A DNA stretch of 64,000 bases from Methylophilales bacterium BACL14 MAG-120910-bin43 (GCA_905181685.1 CAJIYK010000004.1:57337-121336); one strand, 5' to 3'. Positions 31,206 to 43,685 are shown, counted from the first letter of the stretch. A program made the numbers and translations. Notes: generated from the sequence alone by a model not told the origin.

Positions 31206-33099
31206 ATGTTAGATAAAATACGAAACAATACACAGTCGAAATTTGCTAAAATCGTCCTTGTAATAATAATTATTCCTTTTGCACTCTTTGGTATTGATTC
31301 ATATCTTAGCTCTATAGGAGACGATGTTTATGCCGCTAAGGTCAATGGTGAATCAATCACAATTCAGAGCTATCAGAATGCTCTAAATCGTGTAAAAGAT
31401 CAGTTTCTTAATCAAAGCACTCCCCCTGACCCTGCTATCTTTGAAACTGCTGAATTTAGAAAAAGTGTTCTTGATGGAATGATAGCTTCCAAATTAGTGG
31501 CGCAAGAAGCAGTTAGAGCTAACTTCGTTATTAGTGATATCCAACTCAGCCAATATATTCTCGGAATGCCTGGCTTTCAAAGAAATGGAAAGTTTGATCA
31601 AGAGGCTTATGATAATTTAGCAATGAGACAAAACTTAACACCTAAGAAGCTTGATGAACTTATTCGAAAGGATCTGGCAAAACAACAAGTCAAAGATAGT
31701 ATGAATAAATATGCCTTTGTGACTAAAGAAAAAATTCAAAAACTTGTCAACTTAGCCTACCAAAAAAGAGATGTAAGCATGCTTGAACTCAGACTTGATG
31801 ATTACCTTAAAAAAGTCAATGTCACCGATGAAGAGATTAAAGAATATTACGAAGCCAACCCTAACAATTTCATCATGCCTGATCAGGTAAAGGTGAATTT
31901 CTTACTCTATTCTGTTGCAGAGATACTGCCCAAGGTTAAGATTACTGATGATGAAGTCCAACAATATTTTGAAGAAAATAAAGCTCAATTTGAAGGTTCC
32001 CAGCAAAGGCGCGCTAAACATATCTTATTTTTAACAGATTCAGGTATGACAGAGGAGGAAGTTGTTGATGTAAAAAGATTAGCTGAATCAGTTAGGGAGG
32101 AAGTTATAAAATCTCCTAAGAAATTTGATGAACTAGCAAAAGAATATTCAAAAGATACAGAATCCGCAAAAAAAGGTGGAGACCTTGGATTTTTTTCAAG
32201 AGGTATGATGGTCAAAGAGTTCGATGAAACAGTGTTTGATATGAAAGTAGGGGATGTGTCTCCATTAGTTAAAACCCAGTTTGGTTTTCATATCATTGCA
32301 TTAACTGAAATAAAAGGAGATGAGGTAACCTTCGACTCCGTAAAAGCGCAAATTAAAGGTGAGATTTTATATTCAAAAGCCCAACAAATTTATGCAGAAG
32401 GCGCTGAGGAATTTGCTAACTCTAATTTATGAAAAATCAGATTCACTTCAACCTGCAGCCGATAGATTTGACCTAACTATCCAAGAGAGTCAATGGTTAT
32501 CCCTCGATACAGCGACAAAGTTTTTTAATAATGAAGCCTTTGCACAAGCAGTATTTGATCCAGAGGCTATTGAGCAAAAGACTAACATTAATGCAATTGA
32601 AGTTTCTCCAAATAATTTAATATCTGCTCAAGTGATAGACTTTAAGCCTAGCGCACCAAGGACACTTGATGATGCAAAAGAAGAAATAAAAGAGTTTTTA
32701 ACCAAGAGTAATGCTCAAAAATTATTGATCTCCGATGGAGAAGAAATGATTGAAAAATTAGAATCAAATACTAAAAAAGCGGAATGGATTGATGAGCTTG
32801 TTATAGATAAAGTTGATCCACAAGGTATCTCTAAACCCATTGTTAGAGCAATATTTAGCATGAACCAAGAAAACTTACCTTCATACGAGGGTATATATGA
32901 CCCGGCAAATGATGAATATATCGTTGTAAGATTAAACGATGTTATTAGTGATGAAGTGACTGATAATTTATCGGTCGATATTTATCGTGATGAATATGTG
33001 GCTGCTCTAAAAGATGCAATTGATAACGCTTATGTTGATGACTTAAGGGCGATGGCGGATATCGAATATAACCCACAGGTTATTCAATACCGTAACTAG
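31206..33099 (+). CDS. ppiD: Periplasmic chaperone/PPIase PpiD; frameshift near 32420
   Basis: N-terminal anchor [10 protein letters not shown], SurA-like domain, parvulin motifs [24 protein letters not shown]. Confidence 0.92.
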
Positions 33100-33881
33100 T
33101 CCTCGACTGTGCCTGCAGCCGTAATATTCATCCCACCATCGACATAGGTTATTTCCCCAGTTACGCCAGACGCTAAATCACTACATAAGAATGCGGCAAC
33201 GTTTCCTACTTCATCCGTGGTCACATTTCTTTTTAACGCTGCATGCCTCTGATTAAAGTCATACATTTTATCGAAATTAGCGATACCTGAAGCTGCAAGC
33301 GTTTTAATTGGGCCAGCAGAAACCGCATTCACCCTAATGTTCTTTTCACCTAAACTATGTGCCATATATCTAACGTTCGCCTCTAGGCTCGCTTTCGCTA
33401 GTCCCATCACATTATAATTAGGCATAGTTCTCTCAGCGCCAAGATAACTAACGGTCAGAAGACTGGCATTTTGATTTAAAAAAGGCAGGGCCGCTTTTGC
33501 AAGTGCAGTAAAGCTGTATGAACTGACATCGTGTGCAATCTTAAAGTTTTCTCTTGAAGTGGACTCAACAAAGTCGCCTGTCAGCGCATCTCTTGGAACG
33601 AATGCGATAGAATGTACGATGATGTCAAAGGTTTTCCAATGCTCAGAGAGCAGGGGAAATAGTTGATTTATATCGTCATCTGAGGAGACATCACATGGCA
33701 AAACAATAGTTGAATCAAAAGCACTTGCCAATTTTTCAACTCGGCCTTTATGTTTTTCCATTTGATAAGTAAATGCTAATTCAGCACCTTGCTCTCTCAT
33801 ACTTTTTGCAATGCCATAAGCAATAGACCTATCACTTAATAAACCTAAAATAAGGACTTTTTTATTTTTTAGAAAACTCAT
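33096..33881 (-). CDS. fabI: Enoyl-ACP reductase
   Basis: [36 protein letters not shown]. Confidence 0.97.
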   Translation of the reverse strand: MSFLKNKKVLILGLLSDRSIAYGIAKSMREQGAELAFTYQMEKHKGRVEKLASAFDSTIVLPCDVSSDDDINQLFPLLSEHWKTFDIIVHSIAFVPRDALTGDFVESTSRENFKIAHDVSSYSFTALAKAALPFLNQNASLLTVSYLGAERTMPNYNVMGLAKASLEANVRYMAHSLGEKNIRVNAVSAGPIKTLAASGIANFDKMYDFNQRHAALKRNVTTDEVGNVAAFLCSDLASGVTGEITYVDGGMNITAAGTVED

Positions 33882-33903
33882 AAATACCTTTCTTTAATCA
33901 AAT

Positions 33904-34719
33904 TTATTTATTTTTTGGGTCGAGAACATCTCTTAAACCTTCACCAAGGAGATTATAACCTAATACCGTCACAAGAATTGCCAAGCCTGGGAACAAGGAA
34001 AGCCACCAAGCAAATTGAATGTATTCTTTTCCATCGGTGAGAATGTTGCCCCACGATGCTGTTGGCGCCTGAACACCTAGGCCTAGAAAGCTTAATCCAG
34101 ATTCAATTAATACAGCACTGGCTATCCCCAAAACAGAACTAACAATAATTGGTGTCAAGCTGTTCGGGAGAAGGTGTTTTGTGATAACTTTTGTGTTGCT
34201 AGTCCCCATCACAATGGAAGCTAAGACATAGTCTCTTTGTCTTAGACTCAAAAATTCTGCCCTGACAAGCCTTGTCACACCCATCCAAGAAGTCAGTCCA
34301 ATAACAATCATGATATTCCAGATTGAAGGTGTGAGAAATGCGATTACAGCCAGAATTAAAAAGAAACTAGGTATCGATAACATTATATCAACTAGCCGCA
34401 TGATAATTGAGTCTAACCAACCACCATAAAAGCCTGCTATTGAACCTAGAAAGATACCAATTAGAGTTGCTATACCAACAGCAACAAACCCAACAAAAAG
34501 TGAAATTCTAGCGCCATACAACATCCTTGAGAGAACATCCCTACCAAGGCCATCAGTGCCCATTAGATGATCAAAAGAGGGAGGTAACAATATTGAGTTG
34601 ATATCAATATAATTTGGATCATACGGGCTTAGCAGTGGAGCAAAGATAGCAACAAACAAAATAATTGAGATAATAATAAACCCAACAGTTGCTAATAAGT
34701 TTCCCTTAAATAGATTCAT
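33904..34719 (-). CDS. Peptide/nickel ABC transporter permease (DppC/OppC)
   Basis: HLMGTDGLGRD, RLVRAE, LSFLGLG, GEGLRDVLDP. Confidence 0.93.
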   Translation of the reverse strand: MNLFKGNLLATVGFIIISIILFVAIFAPLLSPYDPNYIDINSILLPPSFDHLMGTDGLGRDVLSRMLYGARISLFVGFVAVGIATLIGIFLGSIAGFYGGWLDSIIMRLVDIMLSIPSFFLILAVIAFLTPSIWNIMIVIGLTSWMGVTRLVRAEFLSLRQRDYVLASIVMGTSNTKVITKHLLPNSLTPIIVSSVLGIASAVLIESGLSFLGLGVQAPTASWGNILTDGKEYIQFAWWLSLFPGLAILVTVLGYNLLGEGLRDVLDPKNK

Positions 34720-35735
34720 TTAACTAAGCCCTTTCTTATTCTTGGGTCAGCCCATGCATAGCCAATATCAGCTATTAAGGTGCCAATTAAGGTAAGAACA
34801 GAGCCAATAGTAAGTATGCCCATGATGACAGGAAAATCTCGCATTAAAACTGAGTCATAAAATAGCTTGCCCATTCCTGGTATGGCAAATATAGACTCGG
34901 CGATCACAGAGCCGCCAATCAGTCCTGGTATAGAAAGTCCTATGATTGTAATTAAGGGAAGGATGGCATTTTTCAGTGCATGAGTAAAAATGACATTTTT
35001 TTCTTTGAGTCCCTTAGATCTTGCTGTGGTTATAAAGTCCTGGTGAAGGACATCTAGCATCCCATTTCTGACATACAAAGAAATGCCAGCCAAGCCACTT
35101 AACATTGATATAGAGACCGGAAGGATCAGGTGTTTTAAAAGATCAAAAAATTGACCTATTTCAGAGAAGCTTTTGTAGTCAAGTGAATGTAATCCTGATA
35201 TTGGGAGCCACTGATTTACTACACCGGTCCAGTACATAAGCAGAAGAGCAAGCCAAAATCCAGGGATAGCGAAAGCAACAAAAATAAAGAAGGTGATCGA
35301 TTTATCAACGACAGAATTTTGTTTAACTGCTGAAATAGTTCCAAGCACTATCGAGACTGAAAAAATTAAAAAAATCCCAATCAGGTTAATTAAAAGTGTA
35401 ATGGGCAGTGATTCTTGAATTAAACCTTTAATCACATTACCATTGGCGTCTTTTTTCTCCCACAAGACAGGCCTCTGATGGGAGGCAAATGAATTGCCAA
35501 AATCTAATTCGACCATTCTCTTAAGCCATAAGCCATATTGGATGATGACAGGCTTATCTAAGTTATAAAGCTCTCTTAATTTTTGCCTAGATTCTTCTGA
35601 AGCCTTTGGATTAAAAGCTGCCTCTGATGATGTTATATCACCGGGCGCTAAGTGCATAATAAAGAAAGAAATGAGGCTGATACCTATGAGCATAGGTATC
35701 ATCCAGAGTATTCTTTTAATAAGGTATTTAATCAT
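34716..35735 (-). CDS. Peptide/nickel ABC transporter permease (DppB/OppB)
   Basis: HLAPGD, DFITTARSKGL, HALKNA, RDFPVIMG, ADPRIR. Confidence 0.93.
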   Translation of the reverse strand: MIKYLIKRILWMIPMLIGISLISFFIMHLAPGDITSSEAAFNPKASEESRQKLRELYNLDKPVIIQYGLWLKRMVELDFGNSFASHQRPVLWEKKDANGNVIKGLIQESLPITLLINLIGIFLIFSVSIVLGTISAVKQNSVVDKSITFFIFVAFAIPGFWLALLLMYWTGVVNQWLPISGLHSLDYKSFSEIGQFFDLLKHLILPVSISMLSGLAGISLYVRNGMLDVLHQDFITTARSKGLKEKNVIFTHALKNAILPLITIIGLSIPGLIGGSVIAESIFAIPGMGKLFYDSVLMRDFPVIMGILTIGSVLTLIGTLIADIGYAWADPRIRKGLVK

Positions 35736-37360
35736 TTATTTGTCAGTTCGTTTCTTCTTAAGCTTTTAGGGATAAACCAGTCTTGGCTATTATGGTAAAT
35801 ACCTGCTGGTGGCGCTGGGGATTTAATTCCCTTAATTCTTTTATTAACTGCTGTTAGACCATAACCAGCATAAAGGTAAACGATAGGGGAGTCATCTAAT
35901 AGTTGTCGCGAAAATTCATGATAGATTTGCTCTCTTTTATCTAGGTTTAGTTCTCTCCTACCTTTCTCGAGTAGTTGGTCAACTTTCTTATTATCGTAAC
36001 CAACAAAATTGAATTGTCCAGGCCCTTGTTGTGAGGAATGCCAAATATTGAATTGATCTGGATCCAAAGATAAGCTCCAACCAAGAACCACTACATCAAA
36101 ATCACCTGGTTTTATAAATCGATTAACGAAGCTTGCCCATTCAATTACCCTAATGGAAACCTTGATACCAATCTCTTTAAGCCTACGTTGGATTAATACC
36201 GCTGTCATCTCTCTTTGTTTGTTTTGATTTGTGATAATCTCAAACTCTAACGTCTTTCCATCTTTTACCAAGAAATTATCATCTGACATTTTGTATCCGG
36301 CTTCTTTTAGCAAATTAAGCGCTTTTTTCGGGCTATATTCATAAGGCTTCAAAGATGGGTCACTCCATCTTGTTCCTGGTTTATAAGGGCTAGAGATTGG
36401 TTCACCAAGGCCCAAAAGAACGCCTTTGATAACTTCATCTTTGTTAATAGCGTAATTGATAGCCTGCCTTACTTTTTTATCATTAAACGGCTCTCTTTTA
36501 AGGTTGAAACCTAGGTATGTGTAGCCATTACCCATCTCTTTATATAATGCCGTCCTATTTTTTAGTTTTGGTTTAGCTGGAAAAACTCTCTTAAACTGTA
36601 TCGGGTTGATATTCATAAGATCAATATTACCAGCAGATAGCTCTAGGAATTGCGAAGAGGTGTCAGGTATGATTCTAGAGGTTAACTTTTCTATGTAAGC
36701 CGCTCCTAATACACCATTTTCACTTTTGATTAAATTAACTTGTTGCCCGCTTACCCAATCGCCAAGTTTGTAGTAATTAGAGCCAGTTGGTTTTCGTGAA
36801 AAGAAGGTGCTATTGATGTCTTCATTTTCTAGTATATGCTTTGGCAGTATTTCTAATGACGCCCATGTGTCTAAGGCGGGCGCATAGTTATCATCATATG
36901 TGACAATGAAAGTATTTGCATCAGGGGTACTAGCTTCACTCACAAGGGCGTAATCAGAACCATAAGGCGTTCTTGTGTTTGGGTTGGTAATTAACTTCCA
37001 AGTAAAGTAAACATCAGCACTTGTGAGTGGCTCACCATCCGACCACTCAAGTCCCTTTTTTATTTTGAAGGTAATGGTTTTTTGATCATTTGAGATCTTC
37101 CAACTTTCGGCAATATCAGAAGTAAAGTTGAGATTTTCATCGTACCTGATCAGCGAATTAAAAATTTTACTTGCGATTGCGCTTGATGCACTGTCACCTG
37201 CTATCATCGAAATGAGGTTACTTGGTTCAGCAGACATTGCATTAATCAACACCCCACCAGTTGATAAATTATTATCATTATAATCAATAACTTCTGAATT
37301 ATTATTAGAGCAACTTATTATAAAAATAAGCGAACATATTAGTAAAAAATTTTGTTTCAA
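35732..37360 (-). CDS. Peptide ABC transporter substrate-binding lipoprotein (family 5)
   Basis: Lipobox IISC, WSDGEPLTSADV, KVRQAINYAIN. Confidence 0.92.
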   Translation of the reverse strand: MKQNFLLICSLIFIISCSNNNSEVIDYNDNNLSTGGVLINAMSAEPSNLISMIAGDSASSAIASKIFNSLIRYDENLNFTSDIAESWKISNDQKTITFKIKKGLEWSDGEPLTSADVYFTWKLITNPNTRTPYGSDYALVSEASTPDANTFIVTYDDNYAPALDTWASLEILPKHILENEDINSTFFSRKPTGSNYYKLGDWVSGQQVNLIKSENGVLGAAYIEKLTSRIIPDTSSQFLELSAGNIDLMNINPIQFKRVFPAKPKLKNRTALYKEMGNGYTYLGFNLKREPFNDKKVRQAINYAINKDEVIKGVLLGLGEPISSPYKPGTRWSDPSLKPYEYSPKKALNLLKEAGYKMSDDNFLVKDGKTLEFEIITNQNKQREMTAVLIQRRLKEIGIKVSIRVIEWASFVNRFIKPGDFDVVVLGWSLSLDPDQFNIWHSSQQGPGQFNFVGYDNKKVDQLLEKGRRELNLDKREQIYHEFSRQLLDDSPIVYLYAGYGLTAVNKRIKGIKSPAPPAGIYHNSQDWFIPKSLRRNELTNK

Positions 37361-37380
37361 GATTGATCTCTTAATTAATT

Positions 37381-38779
37381 TTATTGTGGAATGTCTATAG
37401 TCGTACCTATGATTATTATATGTGAATCAAGTTCATTAAACTCTTTAAGATCCTCTATGGAAACTTTATATTTTCTTGCTATCCCACCTAATGTATCCCC
37501 TCTTGAAACATGATGTGTTCCAACTGAAGTATAGTTAAAATCTCCTGTTCCTTTTAAGGTATATTTGCTCTTAAGTTCACTGCTCTTTGGAATTAAAACT
37601 GTACTGTTCCTTCTAAAAGTGACTCTTCCATTAAGGCTATTGATTCTTTTGAAGGTACTTAAGTTAATATCAAATTTTTTAGCCACTTTCATGATTGACT
37701 CTTTTCTTTTAGGTTTGTATAAAATCCAATTCGATAGGGCACCATCATGCGCTGCCAGATTTTTGTTATAGGTATTTATTTTGTGATGAGGTAATAAAAC
37801 CCCAGTTGGTTGAGATTCATTCGGAATAAGAGGTCTTTTATGATGCGCATTTAGTAACTCAAATTCTTCTGAGGATATATCGGCCAATTTTAAAATAAGA
37901 TCTATGTCCATCTGTTCCGTTAATATTACCTCACCAAAGTAGGGCACATTTGGGATATAAGGTACTTCAACATTATACTTTTCGGGATTCTGGATAATAT
38001 GCTTCATAGCAATTAACTTTGAAACATATTCGTCGGTCTCTCTTGGAAGGCTAATAGTGTAGTAGTCAGTTGCTCTTTTTCTTCTCTTATTTTTTTTGAT
38101 TTCTCTGCTTACTTTACCTTCACCAGCGTTATATGCAGCAAGTGCCAATTCCCATGTTCCGAATTGGTTATAGAGCTTCTCAAGGTAATTGAGAGAAGCA
38201 TTAGTTGAAAGAATCACATTGCTTCTCTCATCCTTCCACCAGTCTTGTTTAAGACCATAATTTTTTCCAGTTGAAGGTATAAATTGCCAGAGTCCAACGG
38301 CCTTCATATTTGATCTTGCAATTGGGTTATAAGCGCTTTCAATGATAGGCAGTAATGCTATTTCCATTGGCATATTTCTCTTTTCAACCTCTTGAACAAC
38401 ATGGTAGATGTATCTTTTAGTTCTTTCGAACATTCTGTAGGTGTATACAGGGTGTTCACTGTACCAACGCTCATATTTTTTAACTACTTTCTTAGCCCAC
38501 TTCTTTTTTGGATCAGGAATTCGATAACCTTTATTCACGATATTCCAGATATCTTCTGGCTTTTCTTGTATTAAAATTTCTTTGGGGGATGCCGATAGCG
38601 CCTCAGTGCTTTTTGAAATTTCACTGTGTTCAATATCATCGAGATATTCAAAAGATTGCTGCTGCGCGTTTACGCAATGACAATGATCATCAATAGGTTC
38701 TGATTTTAGATTCATGGGCAATATAAATATGAATAAACTAATATACACACAGAAAATATTTTTTGCTAAATCTAAACAT
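37381..38779 (-). CDS. mltD: Membrane-bound lytic murein transglycosylase D (SLT plus LysM); start uncertain (38748 or 38779 with an indel)
   Basis: PIIESAYNP, GLWQFIP, LAAYNAGEG, ETDEYV, C-terminal LysM. Adjacent to gloB. Confidence 0.9.
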
Positions 38780-38780
38780 C

Positions 38781-39506
38781 TTAAAAATTATCCTTTCTAA
38801 TTCTTCGTTCTTTAAATTGTGCTAAGGTCTTTGATCGTAGGAACGGGTTCGTTTTTAGTTCCTCACTCAGTGTTGATGGGAGTGTAATATCCACATTCTT
38901 TAAACTCCTCTTTCTTGCAATAAGGTCCTCATTATCTTTTTCTAACATAAGTGCAAATTCGATATTTTTTTTTGTATATTCATGAGCACAAAATATTTTT
39001 ATCGACCTAGGTAGCCTTGAAAGGATCTTTAATGATTCATGCATTTGAGAGAACGTGCCCTCAAATAATCTTCCACAACCACATCCAAAAATTGTATCCC
39101 CACAAAATAAATGATCCTCGTCGGCGAACACAATATGATCAAGCGTATGTCCTGGAGTCTCTATAACTCTTAATGAAATATTTAGCTCGTCAATAACTAC
39201 AAGCTCATTATTAGCAACTTCATTAAAGGTAAAATTAAAGTTATTCTTTGGACCATATATCTTAACATCGGGATAGGTCTTTATTAAATTCTTTACACCG
39301 CCAATATGATCAGCATGCTTGTGAGTAATCAAGATGGCTTGAAGGTGGATATTTTCTTTTTGAAGTATTTCCAATACAGGGGATGCGTCTCCAGGATCAA
39401 CAATAACGGCATCCTTATTTTTTTTTATCATCCATATATAATTATCTGTAAAAGATTTTATTGGTTGTATGGATATATCAGTATTTTTTGGTAGACTAAA
39501 TTGCAT
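38781..39506 (-). CDS. gloB: Hydroxyacylglutathione hydrolase
   Basis: DNYIW, THKHADHIGG, TPGHT, CGDTIFGCGCGRLFEG, AHEYT, TNPFLR. Confidence 0.96.
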   Translation of the reverse strand: MQFSLPKNTDISIQPIKSFTDNYIWMIKKNKDAVIVDPGDASPVLEILQKENIHLQAILITHKHADHIGGVKNLIKTYPDVKIYGPKNNFNFTFNEVANNELVVIDELNISLRVIETPGHTLDHIVFADEDHLFCGDTIFGCGCGRLFEGTFSQMHESLKILSRLPRSIKIFCAHEYTKKNIEFALMLEKDNEDLIARKRSLKNVDITLPSTLSEELKTNPFLRSKTLAQFKERRIRKDNF

Positions 39507-39550
39507 GTATAAACAAAATTTTACTATAGATTTACGGAATTTTTTATAAA

Positions 39551-40227
39551 ATGAATTGGTTTGATAGTCAGTCTAGGAAAAAGCCTTGTAAGCTTTGAAC
39601 AAAAGACGATAGAGAAGTACCTAGATCAAAAATTTGGCTATTATGCATTGCAGTTAGGTGAGCACAAAAGCAACCTTATTAAAAATACAAAAATAAAGCA
39701 TCAAATTATAGTAAGTGGCAAGGATAAAAATGTTGATTTAGATGCAGAGTGGTTACCTTTTGGTTTCGATTCTATCGATCTTACTTTATGTTTACATCTA
39801 TTTGAAAAAGCAGGGGACCCCAAAAAACTAATGGATGAATTATTTAGAGTCACCGTTTCTGGCGGCTACATAATTTTGTGTGGATTTAATCCAATTAGTT
39901 TTGCTGGCTTACGAAAAACAGTTAAATTTGATAACTTTTTTCCTTGGAATAGCGAATTTTTTAAGCATCTCAAAAGTACAAAACATCATGAAAGAGTCAG
40001 GATTTACGATTAGAGAATCCAAATTAGAGCATTATCAGCCAATGTTTTTTGACAGCAAATCAAGCATTAATGATAAGTTAGAGAAGGTAGGTAATAGATG
40101 GCTACCACTTTTTGGTAATATTTATTTCTTAGTGGCAGAGAAGGTGACTGTCTCAAAAATTCCAAAAAAACAAAAATGGAATAAATTAAAGCAAAGGAAG
40201 GCGGTAGCAACAAAATCTTATGATTAA
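39551..40227 (+). CDS. SAM-dependent methyltransferase (YafS-like); frameshifts near 39570 and 39960
   Basis: FGYYALQLG, LPFGFDSID, GFNPIS. Conserved position between gloB and rnhA. Confidence 0.8.
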
Positions 40228-40654
40228 AATTTATACAGACGGAGCGTGTAAGGGCAATCCTGGCGTTGGTGGTTGGGGTGCAATCATCATGCACAATGAG
40301 AAAAATATTGAGTTATTTGGCGGTGAAAATGACACAACAAACAATAGAATGGAATTGAAGGCGGTTATTATGGCGCTAAAAGAAATACCAACAAACCTTG
40401 AGCTTACTATTTACACTGATTCTACATATGTACAGAAGGGTATTAGTGAATGGATTAAAAACTGGAAAGTTAACAATTGGCGTTCAAGTAATAAAAAACC
40501 AGTAAAGAATAAGGACTTATGGGTAGAGTTAGACGAAGCGGTAGGCTCAAGAAAGATTTATTGGGAATGGGTGAAGGGCCATGCAGGAAATGAAGGCAAT
40601 GAAAAAGCAGATGAATTGGCCAATCAAGGCGTTACATCAGCTGATGAGGGGGTT
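40220..40654 (+). CDS. rnhA: Ribonuclease HI (reads in frame into dnaQ as given)
   Basis: YTDGACKGNPG, TTNNRMEL, TDSTYV, WVKGHAG, NEKADELA. Confidence 0.96.
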
Positions 40655-41323
40655 ATGAGGCAAGTCTTTTTAGATACAGAAACAACTGGTCTTGACCCAA
40701 ATCAAGGTCACAGAATAATTGAAATTGCTGCTGTCGAAATTAATAATCGACAACTATCAGAGAATCAATTTCATGTTTACACGAACCCAGAACGTGAAAT
40801 AGATGCGGCTGCCCAAGAGGTGCATGGGATTACACTAGAGTTTTTAAAGGATAAAAGTTTATTTAAGGATATAGCCGAGGAATTTTTGAATTTTGTTCAA
40901 GGAAGTGAATTAATTATCCATAACGCACCTTTGATATTGGCTTCCTTAATATGGAATTAGGGAGGATAGGCTCTTCCGAAAGTCGAAGATCATATTGAAA
41001 AAATTACAGACTCTTTAGTGATGGCAAGGGACCTGAGACCTGGCCAAAGAAACAACTTAGATGCTCTATGCAGAGCCTATAAGGTGGATAATTCAAAAAG
41101 AAGTCAGCATGGCGCGCTTTTAGATGCCCAGTTGCTTGGTGAAGTTTATTTAGGGATGACCCGAGGCCAAGAAGATATAGCAATCAATTTTTCTCAAGAT
41201 GAAAAAGAGGTTAACTTAGGTGTTGTTGATCATAATAAATTAAAGGTTATACATGCCAAGGATAATGAGATATTGTCGCACGAAGCTTACTTAGAAAAAA
41301 TCCAGACTAAATCTTCATGGTAG
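40655..41323 (+). CDS. dnaQ: DNA polymerase III epsilon subunit; frameshift near 40930
   Basis: LDTETTGL, HNAP(FD), NLDALC, HGALLDAQLL, MTRGQ. Confidence 0.95.
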
Positions 41324-41338
41324 TTTCAATAAGTTAGC

Positions 41339-41782
41339 CTAAGCGGTTAATGCATCCGCCCAGTTATTGGGTGTCTCATAAAGCCTCACTTTTATTGGCC
41401 TAATTAGGTCTCCAAATTCATTTTTAAATGCGCTAGAGAGCAATTCAAGGGCAGTAAGTGCCATATTTTCTGCAGTGGGGACCCTCTTAAGTATTACTGT
41501 TTTATGATTATCTAAAGTGTTGAGGAAGGAAATGACTTCTAAGTCCTTCTCGTATGCAATGAAGGCATGATCCCATTCATCCACAATAACCTTCTTTATA
41601 AGATTTTTTGCATCTTTAAAATCCATCACCATTCCAAAATCTGATTCATGGATTTGTTCTCCAATTTCACCTTTAACAGTAACCTCAATTGCATAGCGAT
41701 GCCCATGAAGATTTTTACATACGCTTTTATGATTTGGGATTCTATGCCCAGAATCAAATTCCATCCTAGTGGTGATTTCCAT
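41339..41782 (-). CDS. queD: 6-carboxytetrahydropterin synthase
   Basis: FDSGHRI, CKNLHGHRY, GMVMDF, WDHAF, PTAEN, LYETP. Confidence 0.9.
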   Translation of the reverse strand: MEITTRMEFDSGHRIPNHKSVCKNLHGHRYAIEVTVKGEIGEQIHESDFGMVMDFKDAKNLIKKVIVDEWDHAFIAYEKDLEVISFLNTLDNHKTVILKRVPTAENMALTALELLSSAFKNEFGDLIRPIKVRLYETPNNWADALTA

Positions 41783-41784
41783 TA

Positions 41785-43026
41785 TCAGTTCTTATCGATA
41801 GCTTGAATTCTAATAGATGCTGGGGGGTGAGAATGATAGAACGCCGAATATAAAGGATCAGGAGTTAATGTAGAAGCATTGTCTCGGTAGAGCTTTATTA
41901 GCGACTGCTTTAAGTCTGATGATTTAGTAAACTCACATGCATACTCGTCTGCTTCAAATTCATATTTTCTTTGAAGCCAGCTAATAAAAGGCCCGACAAA
42001 AAACATCACAAAAGGTAATAAAACTAGAATAAATAATATGAGAAAATTTGCATTACTTAAATTCTCAACACCTAATCCATTATAAAATGCTTCATTTTCT
42101 TTTAGCCCACCTAAAAAATATAAACTAAAGAAAATTAAAGAAATCTGTATTAGTAAGAGTTTTTTAACATGATTTCTTTTGAAGTGACCTAGCTCATGCG
42201 CAATAACTGCTTCGATTTCTTTAGTATTTAGTTTTTCGAGTAAGGTATCAAAAAATATAATCCTTTTCGTCTTACCAAATCCACCAAAGAACGCGTTACC
42301 ATGAGTACTCCTTAAGGAACCATTCATCTCAAATAAACCACTAGACTCAAAACCACAGCGTTTTAATAGTTTTTCTATATTCTTCTTAAGACTTTTGTCT
42401 TTTATTGGTGTGTATTTATTAAATAACTGTTTTAAGACGGGCGCTAATGCAACACCTATAAGTGAAAGGACGCTTAAAAAAATCCACAGCCATAACCACC
42501 ATTCATTACCAAGCTCAGATAAGATCCAAAGCGCAGCAAAGGAAACGACTCCTGATAAAATAATCATAACAATTACTGATTTAATTTGATCCGTAATAAA
42601 TAATTTTGGTGTTATTTTATTGAAGCCATACTTTGTCTCAATTACAAATGTCTGGTAAATAGAGGATGGTAGACCTATCAAATGAAGAGCTACAAATATA
42701 CTGGTAATGATTACGGCTCCATTTAACAATGGATTTTCAAAATATTGGCCCATCAAATTATTTATTAAGTTAATCCCGCCACCCAATGTAAAGAGATACA
42801 AGATTATTGCTCCGAATATAAGCTCAATAGAATTAAAATTTATCTTTGAAACAGTGTAATCAGCAGCTTTTTTGTGATCAGCTAATTTAATTATTTTTGT
42901 GAATGCTGAAGGAACCTTTTTTTTATTCTTTAAAACAAAGTTTTTTTGTCTATGGCCTAAATAAAATTCAACAGCCGTTGTTAATATTAATAAAAAAATA
43001 AAAATAAATTGATAGCTCTCAGCCAT
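41785..43026 (-). CDS. M48 (Ste24-like) membrane zinc metallopeptidase
   Basis: NAFFGG, AHELGHF, EFEADEYA, YHSHPP. Confidence 0.93.
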   Translation of the reverse strand: MAESYQFIFIFLLILTTAVEFYLGHRQKNFVLKNKKKVPSAFTKIIKLADHKKAADYTVSKINFNSIELIFGAIILYLFTLGGGINLINNLMGQYFENPLLNGAVIITSIFVALHLIGLPSSIYQTFVIETKYGFNKITPKLFITDQIKSVIVMIILSGVVSFAALWILSELGNEWWLWLWIFLSVLSLIGVALAPVLKQLFNKYTPIKDKSLKKNIEKLLKRCGFESSGLFEMNGSLRSTHGNAFFGGFGKTKRIIFFDTLLEKLNTKEIEAVIAHELGHFKRNHVKKLLLIQISLIFFSLYFLGGLKENEAFYNGLGVENLSNANFLILFILVLLPFVMFFVGPFISWLQRKYEFEADEYACEFTKSSDLKQSLIKLYRDNASTLTPDPLYSAFYHSHPPASIRIQAIDKN

Positions 43027-43123
43027 AGCTTATACTCTATAATATCGAAAATAGTATTGTGCAGTAAAAACAAGCTAAAAGTAAGTGTGAAGCTTTAAAT
43101 CTAAGTATCAGATAATAATTTTA

Positions 43124-43681
43124 ATGGAAATCATGATGAGCAAGAATCATAATAATTTAATTTGGATTGATATGGAAATGAGTGGCCTTAACTCACAGAC
43201 CGATAGAATCCTTGAGATTGCAATTATTATCACTGATCCTTTTTTAACTATTTTAGAGGAAGGTCCAGTTCTTGTTTTGAAGCAATCTGATGAGGTCTTA
43301 GCAAAAATGGATGCGTGGAATCAATCAACTCATGGAAAATCTGGACTAATTGAAAAAGTAAAGAATTCATCAACTACTGAAGAGGTTGCTACTCATCAGT
43401 TAATTGAGTTTATTGCAAAGTTTGTTGGGAAAAATAGATCTCCAATGTGTGGCAATTCAATTTGTCAGGATAGAAGGTTTTTAGCAAACTACATGCCTGA
43501 TCTTGAATCTTACTTCCACTACCGAAATTTAGACGTCAGTGTATTTAAAGAATTGGCTAAACGCTGGAAGCCAGAGTTGATAGATGGTTTTAAGAAAGGC
43601 GGCAAGCATGAAGCTTTGGCTGATATAAGAGAATCTATTGAAGAATTAAAGTATTACAGAGAGCATTTCATTAAAATTTAA
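43124..43681 (+). CDS. orn: Oligoribonuclease
   Basis: [43 protein letters not shown]. Confidence 0.97.
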   Translation: MEIMMSKNHNNLIWIDMEMSGLNSQTDRILEIAIIITDPFLTILEEGPVLVLKQSDEVLAKMDAWNQSTHGKSGLIEKVKNSSTTEEVATHQLIEFIAKFVGKNRSPMCGNSICQDRRFLANYMPDLESYFHYRNLDVSVFKELAKRWKPELIDGFKKGGKHEALADIRESIEELKYYREHFIKI

Positions 43682-43685
43682 CACT

